Positions 23,007-30,735 of a stretch of 32,000 bases of DNA are shown here, in pieces. The notes under the pieces are model-generated. The model did not search any database, was not told the origin of the DNA, and saw only the letters and a list, made by a program, of their open reading frames with translations. The stretch's first letter is position 1; each line of letters begins with the position of its first letter. Source of the stretch: Acaryochloris marina MBIC11017 (GTDB lineage Bacteria > Cyanobacteriota > Cyanobacteriia > Thermosynechococcales > Thermosynechococcaceae); assembly GCF_000018105.1 (NCBI RefSeq), contig NC_009925.1:270001-302000 (forward strand), written 5' to 3'. The position numbers were made by a program, and so were the translations under genes.

Positions 23007-23102
23007 GGGCCGTTGGCAGAGCGGATATGCAGCCGCCTTTTAAGCGGATAGATCTAGGTAGCTCCTTCGGAGCCGCTTCGCGTACATCCCCTAGGCGGCC
23101 CA
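23007..23102 (+). tRNA. tRNA-Lys(TTT)-like with a 31-nt expanded T loop
   Basis: Acceptor GGGCCGT/GCGGCCC. D arm GCA-GAGCGGATA-TGC. Anticodon arm GCCGC-CTTTTAA-GCGGA. The T stem CTAGG/CCTAG encloses TA-[GCTCC TTC GGAGC]-[CGC TTC GCG]-TACATCC instead of a 7-nt loop. Discriminator A. Confidence 0.5.
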
Positions 23103-23108
23103 CTTCTC

Positions 23109-23181
23109 GGGTTGTTAGCTCAGTTGGTAGAGCAGCCGCCTCTTAAGCGGAAGCGCGTAGGTTCGAAGCCTACACAGCCCA
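23109..23181 (+). tRNA. tRNA-Lys(CTT)
   Basis: Acceptor GGGTTGT/ACAGCCC. D arm GCTC-AGTTGGTA-GAGC. The anticodon arm GCCGC-CTCTTAA-GCGGA has the same stem as 23007. T arm GTAGG-TTCGAAG-CCTAC. Discriminator A. Confidence 0.9.
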
Positions 23182-23485
23182 TCATCCCCATCGAGATGAG
23201 TATTCCTGATTGCTGATATTTCATTGAGACTATGTGTAAAAGGAGATATAAGATGACTAAATTAATTTTGAGAATTCAAGAGGTGGACATAAGCTTGGAA
23301 CCCACACATCAGGATTCCGTCACAGGAAAATGCCAGAAATAAGGATTTTCGCTTTCCAATTTATGGCTGCATATAGCAACTGATTTCAGCTTGTCCAATA
23401 TTTTACTGATACGGGCAATACTTCTAATAAGGCTTCAATCATCTGATCCTCTATCCGTTAATTCATATTTCTCTGATCCATATCT

Positions 23486-24106
23486 ATGAAGATCAAAACA
23501 ATTTCCATCTTGGCATTGCTGATGATTGGAATGACGGTTAATATGCCGAGCATCGCCCAGTATTCTAGAACAAGATATGGTGTGGACGTTGAACTATATA
23601 CCTTCGTTGATTCTTATAATCCAAGGCAAAATCAAGAATCTGGTGATATCGAAATAAAAATCACGAATAAAACAGATAAGAAAATCGAGTTGCCAAGCCA
23701 ATATGATGGTTCTGCTATTAGCTTATTTGCTCTTCAAGAGACTGAAGACCCCCGAGCTAGAGTAATGGATCAACATCTAATCGTAAGGAATGCTACCAGC
23801 CGCCCGAAAAAAAAGTTTTTGTCTCCAGGGGAAACCTACTCATATGGCAAGCTGCCTTTAAACAGGATATTCGATAAAGAAATAATCGGAAGTGAAGGGA
23901 AGTACTATTGGAACTGGCTTTTACATGCTCCGCCAAAGGCAACACCCATCTATGACAATAAATGGGAGTTTGAGGCAGATAAATTGGTTGATACAGTCGT
24001 TCTTTGGGCAGAAGTCAAGATTGGCGATCAAATTACACGATCTACCCCGAAAATCATCAGTATTCAGAATCAAGAGTTCAATGAACCTGAAGTAGAAGCT
24101 GATTAA
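23486..24106 (+). CDS. Secreted/exported hypothetical protein, AT-rich gene
   Basis: Signal-peptide-like N-terminus MKIKTISILALLMIGMTVNMPSIAQ. No other motif. Its composition differs from the core genes. Confidence 0.55.
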   Translation: MKIKTISILALLMIGMTVNMPSIAQYSRTRYGVDVELYTFVDSYNPRQNQESGDIEIKITNKTDKKIELPSQYDGSAISLFALQETEDPRARVMDQHLIVRNATSRPKKKFLSPGETYSYGKLPLNRIFDKEIIGSEGKYYWNWLLHAPPKATPIYDNKWEFEADKLVDTVVLWAEVKIGDQITRSTPKIISIQNQEFNEPEVEAD

Positions 24107-24349
24107 TAGACTATTTCCTTTTGCTCCTAGAAAAACCCATAAATATCATAATCTTCCTGGTTATTTCGACACCTTCTGCTGTCAATTTTTACTTAAAGAG
24201 ACTGAAATTTTTATCTAGTTCAGGATAGTTTTTTTATCAAATCGTGGATTTAGGATAGTTCAAATCTACGTATTTTATATTCCTCACCGGAGTGAATATA
24301 TCGTTACTTCCAAGTTTTCGTTCATATTGCAAGTCAAAGGAGGTGTGAA

Positions 24350-25651
24350 ATGACTGTCATTGTGATGGAAGTGATTAAGGTTGCGCGGCATCCCAATGCT
24401 GACTCGCTTAATGTGTACGAGATGCAAGTACCTGGCCACCCTTCTGTGCAGGTGATAGGAAATTTGGAGCGGATTTATGGGGTTGGTGAACATGTCCTGG
24501 TTGCCCAGGTCAATTCTGTTCTCAAAGACGGCACCAAAATCAAAGCAACCAAATTGCGTGGCATCATCTCCTACGGGATGGCACTGGAGAAAACGGAATT
24601 ACCGGTTGGTGAAGATGTATCTCAAACCTATTGCCAGCAGTCCGTTGTGCAGTCGGTACAAATGCAGCGATGGCCCAGTGTGGAACTCCTGCATAATGTT
24701 CGTCGGAGTTTAATGGCCCTGGAAGCCACTCCAATGGTAACCTATCGAGCAAAAATCAAACTGGATGGAACCAATGCCGGGGTGCAAATCTTCTCAGATG
24801 GCCGCGTGGCAGCCCAAAGCCGTTCCCAAATCATCACACCTGATGATGACAATATGGGATTTGCCCAATGGGTCAGTCAACAGATGGATTACTTTGCTCC
24901 GTTGGCGGGTCACGAACACATCACAATCTTTGGAGAATGGTGTGGTCGGGGGATTCAGAAGCGGACTTCTATTTCCAAAATCGATCGCAGAATCTTTACG
25001 GTGTTTGCGGTCCAGTATGGCGGAGTAGAAAATGAAGTCGCCAAGCTGGAAATCGATCCAGATAAGATATCCCAGCTACTCCCATCTCACCCGGACATTT
25101 TTGTCCTGCCGTTTATGGGAGAGCCATTGACCTTGGATTTTGGCAACCGAGACCAATTGGAATCCGTCGCCAATGCCATCAACCAGCTCGTCTCCGAAGT
25201 TGAGCAAATTGACCCTTGGGTTAAAGCCACTTTCGGGATTGAAGGGTTGGGAGAAGGGTTGGTTCTCTATCCCCAAACCCAAACTCGAGTTGATCGACTG
25301 ACATACCCTGAGCTGATGTTTAAGGCGAAAGGCGAAAAGCATCAGGTAGTCAAAACCAAACAGCCCGTGCAGCTAGACCCTGAATTCGTTAAGAGTATTG
25401 ATGAATTTGTAGCGTTGATGGTAACTCCTGCTCGACTGGAGCAAGGGTTATCTGAGAGCTGCCAGGGGCCATTGGAGATGAAGCAGTTGGGGGGCTTCCT
25501 GAAGTGGCTAGCTCAGGATGTGCAAAAAGAAAGCGAAGCTGAATTAGAAGCAGCCAAACTTTCTTGGAAGGATGTCAATAAAGCGGTTACCCATTCTGGG
25601 AAGTCTTGGTTTCGCGATCGCATCCTCTCCCTCACTGACATTGCGCAGTAA
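24350..25651 (+). CDS. tRNA-binding (CsaA/Trbp111/EMAPII-type OB) domain fused to an ATP-dependent RNA ligase nucleotidyltransferase domain
   Basis: AGGAGG RBS. The N-terminus VIKVARHPNADSLNVYEM......VIGN.....G..VLVAQV.S......KI.ATKLRGIISYGMAL matches the tRNA-binding OB fold. It is followed by ligase motif I KIKLDGTNAG, a motif-III-like IFGEWCGRGIQ, and a motif-V-like LMFKAKGEKH. Confidence 0.75.
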   Translation: MTVIVMEVIKVARHPNADSLNVYEMQVPGHPSVQVIGNLERIYGVGEHVLVAQVNSVLKDGTKIKATKLRGIISYGMALEKTELPVGEDVSQTYCQQSVVQSVQMQRWPSVELLHNVRRSLMALEATPMVTYRAKIKLDGTNAGVQIFSDGRVAAQSRSQIITPDDDNMGFAQWVSQQMDYFAPLAGHEHITIFGEWCGRGIQKRTSISKIDRRIFTVFAVQYGGVENEVAKLEIDPDKISQLLPSHPDIFVLPFMGEPLTLDFGNRDQLESVANAINQLVSEVEQIDPWVKATFGIEGLGEGLVLYPQTQTRVDRLTYPELMFKAKGEKHQVVKTKQPVQLDPEFVKSIDEFVALMVTPARLEQGLSESCQGPLEMKQLGGFLKWLAQDVQKESEAELEAAKLSWKDVNKAVTHSGKSWFRDRILSLTDIAQ

Positions 25652-25654
25652 ATG

Positions 25655-25697
25655 GGTGGTCACTGTTCGCTTCTGTGGGAGTTTAACAGTGGCCACC
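25655..25697 (+). promoter_or_regulatory. 13-bp hairpin just after the ligase stop codon
   Basis: GGTGGTCACTGTT (25655-67) pairs with AACAGTGGCCACC (25685-97) with one G-U pair and a 17-nt loop. No U-tract, so it may be a processing or stability element rather than a terminator. Confidence 0.45.
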
Positions 25698-25716
25698 GCC
25701 CAACCTCGATTGCCTG

Positions 25717-26184
25717 GTGAACACCAGCTCAGAATTGCTTGCGAGTCAAAATGGAAGTCTTATGGTCAAATCCAGTACGAGTTCAATCGCCCAAGAATTT
25801 TGTGATTGCACGCTACCTAAATCAGCGTGGACTCATAAAGCTCACCTACGGGTCGGACTCTGGCATCTGATGAGCTACTCTCCACCAACGGCGTTGAATC
25901 TAATGCGGGAGCGAATTCAAAGGTACAACATTGTCTGCGGTGTAGTGAATTCTGAGACATCGGGCTATCACGAAACCATCACACAGTTTTATCTGAAAGT
26001 GATTGTTTACTTCCTTGAACAGCACGATGTTTCCCAATCTATCGACCAACTGGCTGAGTCTTTGATACAGGCTTGGGGCAATCGCAATCTCCCCTTGAGT
26101 TACTACTCCAAGGATCGGTTGATGTCGAAGGAGGCCAGGCAACATTGGGTGGAGCCAGATTTGGCTCGAATGCCTGGAGCATAA
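25717..26184 (+). CDS. Hypothetical protein (155 aa)
   Basis: GTG start at 25717, with an alternative in-frame ATG at 25762. Contains WTHKAHLRVGLWHL....AL..MRERIQRYN......SGYHETITQFY. I cannot name the family. Confidence 0.5.
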   Translation: MNTSSELLASQNGSLMVKSSTSSIAQEFCDCTLPKSAWTHKAHLRVGLWHLMSYSPPTALNLMRERIQRYNIVCGVVNSETSGYHETITQFYLKVIVYFLEQHDVSQSIDQLAESLIQAWGNRNLPLSYYSKDRLMSKEARQHWVEPDLARMPGA

Positions 26185-26191
26185 GTTCAGA

Positions 26192-26221
26192 GGTGATGAG
26201 TTGCGATCGCAACTCATCACC
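26192..26221. promoter_or_regulatory. Perfect 30-nt palindrome centred on a HIP1 site
   Basis: GGTGATGAGTTGCGATCGCAACTCATCACC, lying 8 nt after the stop codon of 25717-26184. Confidence 0.6.
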
Positions 26222-26285
26222 CATACCCTGAAACAACTCCAAAATTTGCAACCACTCAAGAACAATGCAGTATCCCAACCCTCAT

Positions 26286-26362
26286 AGCGGAGATGGAGCA
26301 AGAGGGGCTCGGCAGTTTCATACGCTGCACATCCGTGAGTGCAACTCTCACCTCCGCTACCA
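26286..26362 (+). tRNA. tRNA with anticodon CAT (elongator Met or Ile2), atypical, CCA encoded
   Basis: Acceptor AGCGGAG/CTCCGCT. D arm GAGC-AAGAGGG-GCTC with a 3-nt 8-9 linker. Anticodon arm GCAGT-TTCATAC-GCTGC. T arm GTGAG-TGCAACT-CTCAC has G55. Discriminator A, then CCA (26360-62). It lacks the three G-C pairs of initiator anticodon stems. Confidence 0.65.
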
Positions 26363-26370
26363 AATCTTGA

Positions 26371-26443
26371 GCTGGTGTAGCTCAATGGCCAGAGCAATTG
26401 TCCTGTAAACAATAGGCTGCAGGTTCGACTCCTGTCACCAGCT
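26371..26443 (+). tRNA. tRNA-Thr(TGT), C at position 33
   Basis: Acceptor GCTGGTG/CACCAGC. D arm GCTC-AATGGCCA-GAGC. Anticodon arm ATTGT-CCTGTAA-ACAAT. T arm GCAGG-TTCGACT-CCTGT. Discriminator T. Confidence 0.75.
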
Positions 26444-26508
26444 TGTCCCATTATTTAGGTACAGAACGATGATTCTTCTCACTAGGCGATTCCGAAAGGA
26501 GCGAATCC

Positions 26509-27024
26509 ATGGATACCCGAACCGAAATAGTCCAAACTGATATCACAACCCTAAAGGTAGATGCAATCGTCAATGCGGCGAATGAGTCCTTACTCGGCGG
26601 GGGTGGCGTCGACGGAGCGATTCATCGTACAGCCGGCCCCCAACTCCTAGCAGAATGCCGAACCCTTAAAGGCTGTAAAACGGGCCATGCCAAACTCACA
26701 AAAGGATATCAACTTCCAGCTAAGTATGTCATTCACACTGTTGGTCCGATTTGGCGAGGCGGGGGAGCCAATGAAGCGATTTTATTGCAAGCCTGCTATC
26801 AACGCAGTTTAGCGTTAGCCGTTGACAATGGGATTCAAACCATAGCCTTTCCTGCCATTAGTTGCGGAGTCTATGGATATCCGATAGATCAAGCCTGTCA
26901 AATCGCCTTTGAAACGACCCTCAATTTCTTGCAGATGAATCAATCCATAACCCAGGTTATCTTTGCCTGCTTTGGCGACTTGATTTATCACACCTACCTA
27001 AAAATAGGGGAGCAGGTGAATTAA
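26509..27024 (+). CDS. Macro domain protein (YmdB/O-acetyl-ADP-ribose deacetylase-like)
   Basis: [69 protein letters not shown]...E..LL..CY..SL.LA...[17 protein letters not shown] is the canonical macro-domain signature. Confidence 0.92.
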   Translation: MDTRTEIVQTDITTLKVDAIVNAANESLLGGGGVDGAIHRTAGPQLLAECRTLKGCKTGHAKLTKGYQLPAKYVIHTVGPIWRGGGANEAILLQACYQRSLALAVDNGIQTIAFPAISCGVYGYPIDQACQIAFETTLNFLQMNQSITQVIFACFGDLIYHTYLKIGEQVN

Positions 27025-27072
27025 TAGGTGCAAAATTAGTAAGGTCCACAAAACTTAGGTGCATAAAACCTA

Positions 27073-27168
27073 ACGGATATAAACTCTTGCTGATATGGTG
27101 TGCCAGCATGAGAGGCTTCCAACCTCTTGATGCGAAGAGACGCTTTGCGAACAAATCTCGTTATCCGC
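27073..27168 (+). pseudogene. Degenerate tRNA-like element carrying the same hairpin-2 plus tail module as the expanded-T-loop tRNAs
   Basis: Stem CGGATA (27074-79) / TATCCG (27162-67). D-like hairpin GCTG-ATATGGTGTGC-CAGC. Hairpin AGAGG-CTTCCAA-CCTCT is a Gly UCC-like anticodon arm. CGC-TTT-GCG followed by AACAAATCT (27141-58) matches CGC-TAT-GCG CACAAATCT of 27570-87. I could not fold a complete cloverleaf. Confidence 0.3.
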
Positions 27169-27173
27169 TTTGG

Positions 27174-27244
27174 GCGAGTGTGATGTAGCAGTAGCATCTG
27201 GCGGTGCCAACGCCAGCGCGTGAGTGCGAATCTCACCACTCGCT
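27174..27244 (+). tRNA. tRNA-Gly(GCC), atypical
   Basis: Perfect acceptor GCGAGTG/CACTCGC. D arm ATGT-AGCAGTA-GCAT with no GG. Anticodon arm TGGCG-GTGCCAA-CGCCA. T arm GTGAG-TGCGAAT-CTCAC has G55. Discriminator T. Confidence 0.75.
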
Positions 27245-27248
27245 TTGT

Positions 27249-27322
27249 GGTCCTGTAACTCAGCCTGGGAGAGTGCCTTTCTTACAAAAAGGTGGCCGTA
27301 GGTTCGAATCCTACCGGGACCA
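27249..27322 (+). tRNA. tRNA-Val(TAC)
   Basis: Acceptor GGTCCTG/CGGGACC. D arm ACTC-AGCCTGGGA-GAGT. Anticodon arm CCTTT-CTTACAA-AAAGG. T arm GTAGG-TTCGAAT-CCTAC. Discriminator A. Confidence 0.92.
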
Positions 27323-27327
27323 TCAGT

Positions 27328-27417
27328 GGGGGATAGCTCTGGTGAGCGGCTTCGCCTTATAAGCGAGGGGACCAGATTAGTCTAGACGGCTGGGATCATA
27401 ACCCAGATCCCCTACCA
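27328..27417 (+). tRNA. tRNA-like, anticodon TAT (Ile), 21-nt variable region, aberrant D and T loops, CCA encoded
   Basis: Acceptor GGGGGAT/ATCCCCT. D arm GCTC-TGGT-GAGC has a 4-nt loop. Anticodon arm CTTCGC-CTTATAA-GCGAGG. The variable region is 21 nt. T arm CTGGG-ATCATAA-CCCAG. Discriminator A, then CCA (27415-17). Confidence 0.45.
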
Positions 27418-27422
27418 AACCT

Positions 27423-27498
27423 GGGAGTGTCGCCTAAGGGATGGGGCACCGATCTTCTAAATCGGTCTGTGTAGGTTCGAATCCTACCACTCCTGCCA
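27423..27498 (+). tRNA. tRNA-Arg(TCT), CCA encoded
   Basis: Acceptor GGGAGTG/CACTCCT. D arm GCCT-AAGGGATG-GGGC. Anticodon arm CCGAT-CTTCTAA-ATCGG. T arm GTAGG-TTCGAAT-CCTAC. Discriminator G, then CCA (27496-98). Confidence 0.9.
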
Positions 27499-27501
27499 AA
27501 T

Positions 27502-27598
27502 GAGTCTGTAGCTTAATTAGAAAGCATCAGCCTTGCAAGCAGAAAGATGTCAGTATCTCCTATCGGAGACGCTATGCGCACAAATCTGAACAGAATCA
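27502..27598 (+). tRNA. tRNA-Ala(TGC)-like with a 32-nt expanded T loop
   Basis: Acceptor GAGTCTG/CAGAATC with G3-A70 instead of G3-U70. D arm GCTT-AATTAGA-AAGC. Anticodon stem TCAGC/GCAGA has one A-A mismatch and loop CTTGCAA. The T stem (G)TCAG/CTGA(A) encloses TA-[TCTCC TATC GGAGA]-[CGC TAT GCG]-CACAAAT. Discriminator A. Confidence 0.5.
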
Positions 27599-27603
27599 AC
27601 TAT

Positions 27604-27678
27604 GTTGGCCGAATCCAAAGCGGACGAGGAGCTAGATTGTGATCCTAGTGTTAGCGGGTTCAAGTCCCGTCGGCCACC
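27604..27678 (+). tRNA. tRNA-His(GTG) with encoded G-1
   Basis: G-1 (27604) is opposite C73 (27678). Acceptor TTGGCCG/CGGCCAC has a U1-C72 mismatch. Anticodon stem CTAG(A)/(C)CTAG and loop TTGTGAT. T arm GCGGG-TTCAAGT-CCCGT. Confidence 0.85.
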
Positions 27679-27696
27679 CCAATTCACACCTTATGG

Positions 27697-27779
27697 AAGG
27701 TGCCGCCGAATGGTCGGCAACTGGTCTTGAAAATCAGGGTACGGTTCGCTGTAGGGGTTCGATTCCTCCACCTTCCTTT
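27697..27779 (+). tRNA. tRNA-Ser(TGA), class II
   Basis: Perfect acceptor GGAAGGT/ACCTTCC. Anticodon arm CTGGT-CTTGAAA-ATCAG. Variable arm TACGG-TTCG-CTGTA. T arm (A)GGGG-TTCGATT-CCTC(C). Discriminator T. Confidence 0.85.
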
Positions 27780-27925
27780 CTCTTCCCATATGGTGTTGTC
27801 GAAGAGCGGATAAAGATTAGCTCTATACCAAGAATTCCACCAGAAGGGTTCGGTCCGCTGTAGGGGTAATTCCTTAGGAAATGCTATGCGAGCGCTTAGT
27901 GAGGATTATTTTGGTCCAGCTCTAC
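27780..27925 (+). pseudogene. tRNA-derived degenerate sequence
   Basis: GGGTTCGGTCCGCTGTAGGGGTAATTCC (27846-73) copies the variable/T region GGGTACGGTTCGCTGTAGGGGTTCGATTCC of the Ser gene. GCTATGCG (27882-89) echoes hairpin 2 of the expanded T loops. No complete cloverleaf was found. Confidence 0.3.
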
Positions 27926-28171
27926 TCAATGACGGGATGTCTTAAAATTTTGCAATGCCCTAAAAGCTTTGGAAAAAAAGTGTTTTAGGAGGCTTATGAT
28001 AGGCAATTTATCCCTAGACTGACCAACTCTCAAGAACCCGTAGAATCTATGTCCGCAGGACTTACAGCGATAGGGGTGAATGTTAAAAAGTAAAAGCACC
28101 TTTTCATGGAATCCTCTAAGGCGAGAATGTATGAGATAACGGCTCTTACATCTGCGACAACTTTTAGCCAC
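27926..28171 (-). CDS. Small zinc-ribbon protein (81 aa), tentative
   Basis: Two CxxC pairs (CRRCKS ... CKSCGHRF), basic composition, no other motif. Confidence 0.35.
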   Translation of the reverse strand: MAKSCRRCKSRYLIHSRLRGFHEKVLLLFNIHPYRCKSCGHRFYGFLRVGQSRDKLPIISLLKHFFSKAFRALQNFKTSRH

Positions 28172-28890
28172 GGCTTTTACTTTGCTTCCTAGGACTGAGC
28201 TTTATCTACAGATATCCTGGCCTATTTCAATAAAAAATGTAGTGATTTTTGAGACAATCTTGCATGTTTAATCGATGATTTTTTGATTCAATCATATTGT
28301 TTAAACTCACTAATAAGTTTTATATATATAGGTCGATTTATTTTTTTAGAATTTTAAATACGGTCAGAGACCCCAGAGGTTCAGTTTCCACTGAAAATTA
28401 ATTTCTCTCTTATCGATATATATTTCGCCTTTACTAGAGGCTTAAAACCAGTTCGAATAAATAGTAAATAAGCAAAACTCGTATTAAATATTACTTCACT
28501 TGAAGCCTGAAAACTCTGTCTGGCATGGCTTACAGACACATTTAACTGCAAGGCTTCAGATCAGGAAAATTATCCGATTGAACACACTAAAACTCATGTG
28601 GATGAAGCATTCTCAAGGAAATACTCCCAGGTGAATATGCCCATTCAGAAAGGTAATATAATCACAGCTTGCAGCATATACTACAAGCATGCTACAACTA
28701 ATTTAACGCGCGTTTGCAAGGGTTAAAACGATGAGTGATAAAGGTACATCTGAAGTCATTTACTAGCAGAAAGGTTCGTATATCTGCCTCTCTGTATGCA
28801 CTAAGGGCTTCTATTTAATTAAATCCCTCCTCTCTCTAGCATTCACAAGCTTTATTAACTGAAACGTTGGCAATACCACATCTCAATAAG

Positions 28891-29504
<614 letters not shown>

Positions 29505-29511
29505 ATAACTC

Positions 29512-29688
29512 CCGTGCCCCAATCGAGAAAGCTTACACACGAATAACGGTCCTAAGGTAGCAATGTGCGAGCGATCGCACTAGCGAAGCATCCAATATCT
29601 CTCGCAGATAGAAGATGCGGGCCCACTGCCAAGGTTGATTTGGTAAGAGCGGCCGTAAGTTGATGAACTGCTTTCTAAACTTGCACGG
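29512..29688 (+). ncRNA. Y-RNA-like scaffold, copy 1 (large variable module)
   Basis: Helix 1 CCGTGC (29512-17) / GCACGG (29683-88). Conserved asymmetric loop 5' CCCAATCG and 3' AAACTT. Helix 2 AGAAAGC (29526-32) / GCTTTCT (29670-76). Conserved TTACACAC follows. Confidence 0.45.
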
Positions 29689-29712
29689 AAGTATTGTTAT
29701 TGCCCAAAACTC

Positions 29713-29840
29713 GCGTTCGCACCCTAACGAAAAAAGCATACATACTCGCCAAATGGTAAGGCACTTGATTTGTAGATCAAGCACATACAGGTTCAACTCC
29801 TGTGTATGACACAACCGCTTTCTTGACTTGTGCGAAGCGC
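29713..29840 (+). ncRNA. Y-RNA-like scaffold, copy 2, carrying a tRNA-like cloverleaf (YrlA-like architecture)
   Basis: Helix 1 GCGTTCGCAC / GTGCGAA(G)CGC. Loop 5' CCTAACG and 3' (T)GACTT. Helix 2 AAAAAAGC / GCTTTCTT. Then ATACAT. The inner module is a 5-bp acceptor-like CATAC/GTATG, D arm GCC-AAATGGTAA-GGC, stem CTTGAT-TTGTAG-ATCAAG (6-nt loop, no canonical anticodon loop), and T arm ACAGG-TTCAACT-CCTGT. A T-run follows the 3' end. Confidence 0.5.
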
Positions 29841-29956
29841 TATTTTTAACGCAATAGCGTTCTGGATTTCTGGTATTGGCAACGTTCGTTCCCCTCCACT
29901 CCCCATTTCTGAGGGGAGTGTCGCCAAAACATTTACAGATTATCTAGAACCACACT

Positions 29957-30697
29957 ATGAGCGAACATCGATTAAGCGAAATCACCATTGAACGACCTCG
30001 TGGGGGAATGAGGCGTAGCCTCAGAAAGGTCAAGGGAGCAAGAAAACAGTTAGATCGCCTCACTGAAGTGGCTACCGAGGATGGGTTACTCAGCCCGTAT
30101 CTCATCAAACCGAGAGGTAAAACAAAGTGGCTTTCAGATCATTTGGGACCGCTGCGGCGATTTTTAAAGTCCCATGTGGGTCAACCCTGGGATGACGTTT
30201 ACAGCAAACTCTGTCGACGGCTTAAAACCAACACCATGGCGGGACAACATGTACTAAGCCATGTATGGGACTTTGTTGAACTCCATGTTGAAATCATGGA
30301 TGGTGTGCTGTACCACAAACCCTACTGGGGCTCTTTTCAGCCTTTAGACTATCGTTGTTATCGGGACAAATTCTATGTGCATCCTGAGACTAGAATTCTA
30401 TGTGCAGTTGAAAAGAAACCTCGTAAGCGACAGCGACAAAGGCCGCCATCCGATAGGGTTGTTATCGATGCCTATCATGAATATCAGCAACTAAACGAGC
30501 TTTGGTATCTGATTACCTATGAGGACTTTCCCCCTTTCCCTGTGATGACCGTGAGAGATGTGCTGCGGGGCGAAATCCCTCGGCAGACTCGATATGGCAA
30601 TATCAATACCCGTTATGCAGTCAAGAAAAAACAGTGTAACAAGAAGGAGATCCGATTTATTTTAAGTCAGATTAAAGCAGTTAAACCTACCTCCTGA
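29957..30697 (+). CDS. Hypothetical basic protein (246 aa)
   Basis: Clean ATG ORF, Arg/Lys-rich at both ends, no motif recognised. Confidence 0.55.
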   Translation: MSEHRLSEITIERPRGGMRRSLRKVKGARKQLDRLTEVATEDGLLSPYLIKPRGKTKWLSDHLGPLRRFLKSHVGQPWDDVYSKLCRRLKTNTMAGQHVLSHVWDFVELHVEIMDGVLYHKPYWGSFQPLDYRCYRDKFYVHPETRILCAVEKKPRKRQRQRPPSDRVVIDAYHEYQQLNELWYLITYEDFPPFPVMTVRDVLRGEIPRQTRYGNINTRYAVKKKQCNKKEIRFILSQIKAVKPTS

Positions 30698-30735
30698 GAG
30701 GGGTTGAAAGTCCTAGCTCTCTGTAGGAGATTGTT

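Noticed and set aside
23059-23089. T-loop insertions as archaeal-type bulge-helix-bulge introns
   Set aside because: I could not draw the 3-4-3 bulge-helix-bulge motif around either insertion, and bacteria lack the splicing endonuclease. I kept it only as one hypothesis to test experimentally.
23252-23341. 29-codon ORF (MTKLILRIQEVDISLEPTHQDSVTGKCQK) with a strong AAGGAG RBS
   Set aside because: The Shine-Dalgarno spacing is good, but there is no other support. It is too short to judge without conservation or ribosome-profiling data.
25900-27863. ORFs 25900-26451(-), 26039-26278(-), 26957-27154(-), 27036-27239(-) and 27639-27863(+)
   Set aside because: They are antisense to, or overlap, the 155-aa gene, the macro gene and the tRNAs. 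They have no motifs and are better explained by the RNA genes.
28172-28866. A fifth Y-like scaffold or tRNA in the AT-rich 700-bp gap (GGCTTACAGACAC at 28527 resembles the GCTTACAYAC motif)
   Set aside because: Local hairpins exist (TGAAGCCT/AGGCTTCA at 28500/28551 and TGTCTG/CAGACA). However, the helix 1, conserved loop and helix 2 arrangement is absent, and no T arm is present.
29533-29814. 93-aa minus-strand ORF, and the 157-aa ORF at 31190-31663
   Set aside because: Both run across the Y-RNA-like structured elements, and the second also overlaps nfi in another frame. Their sequences look like translated RNA stems.
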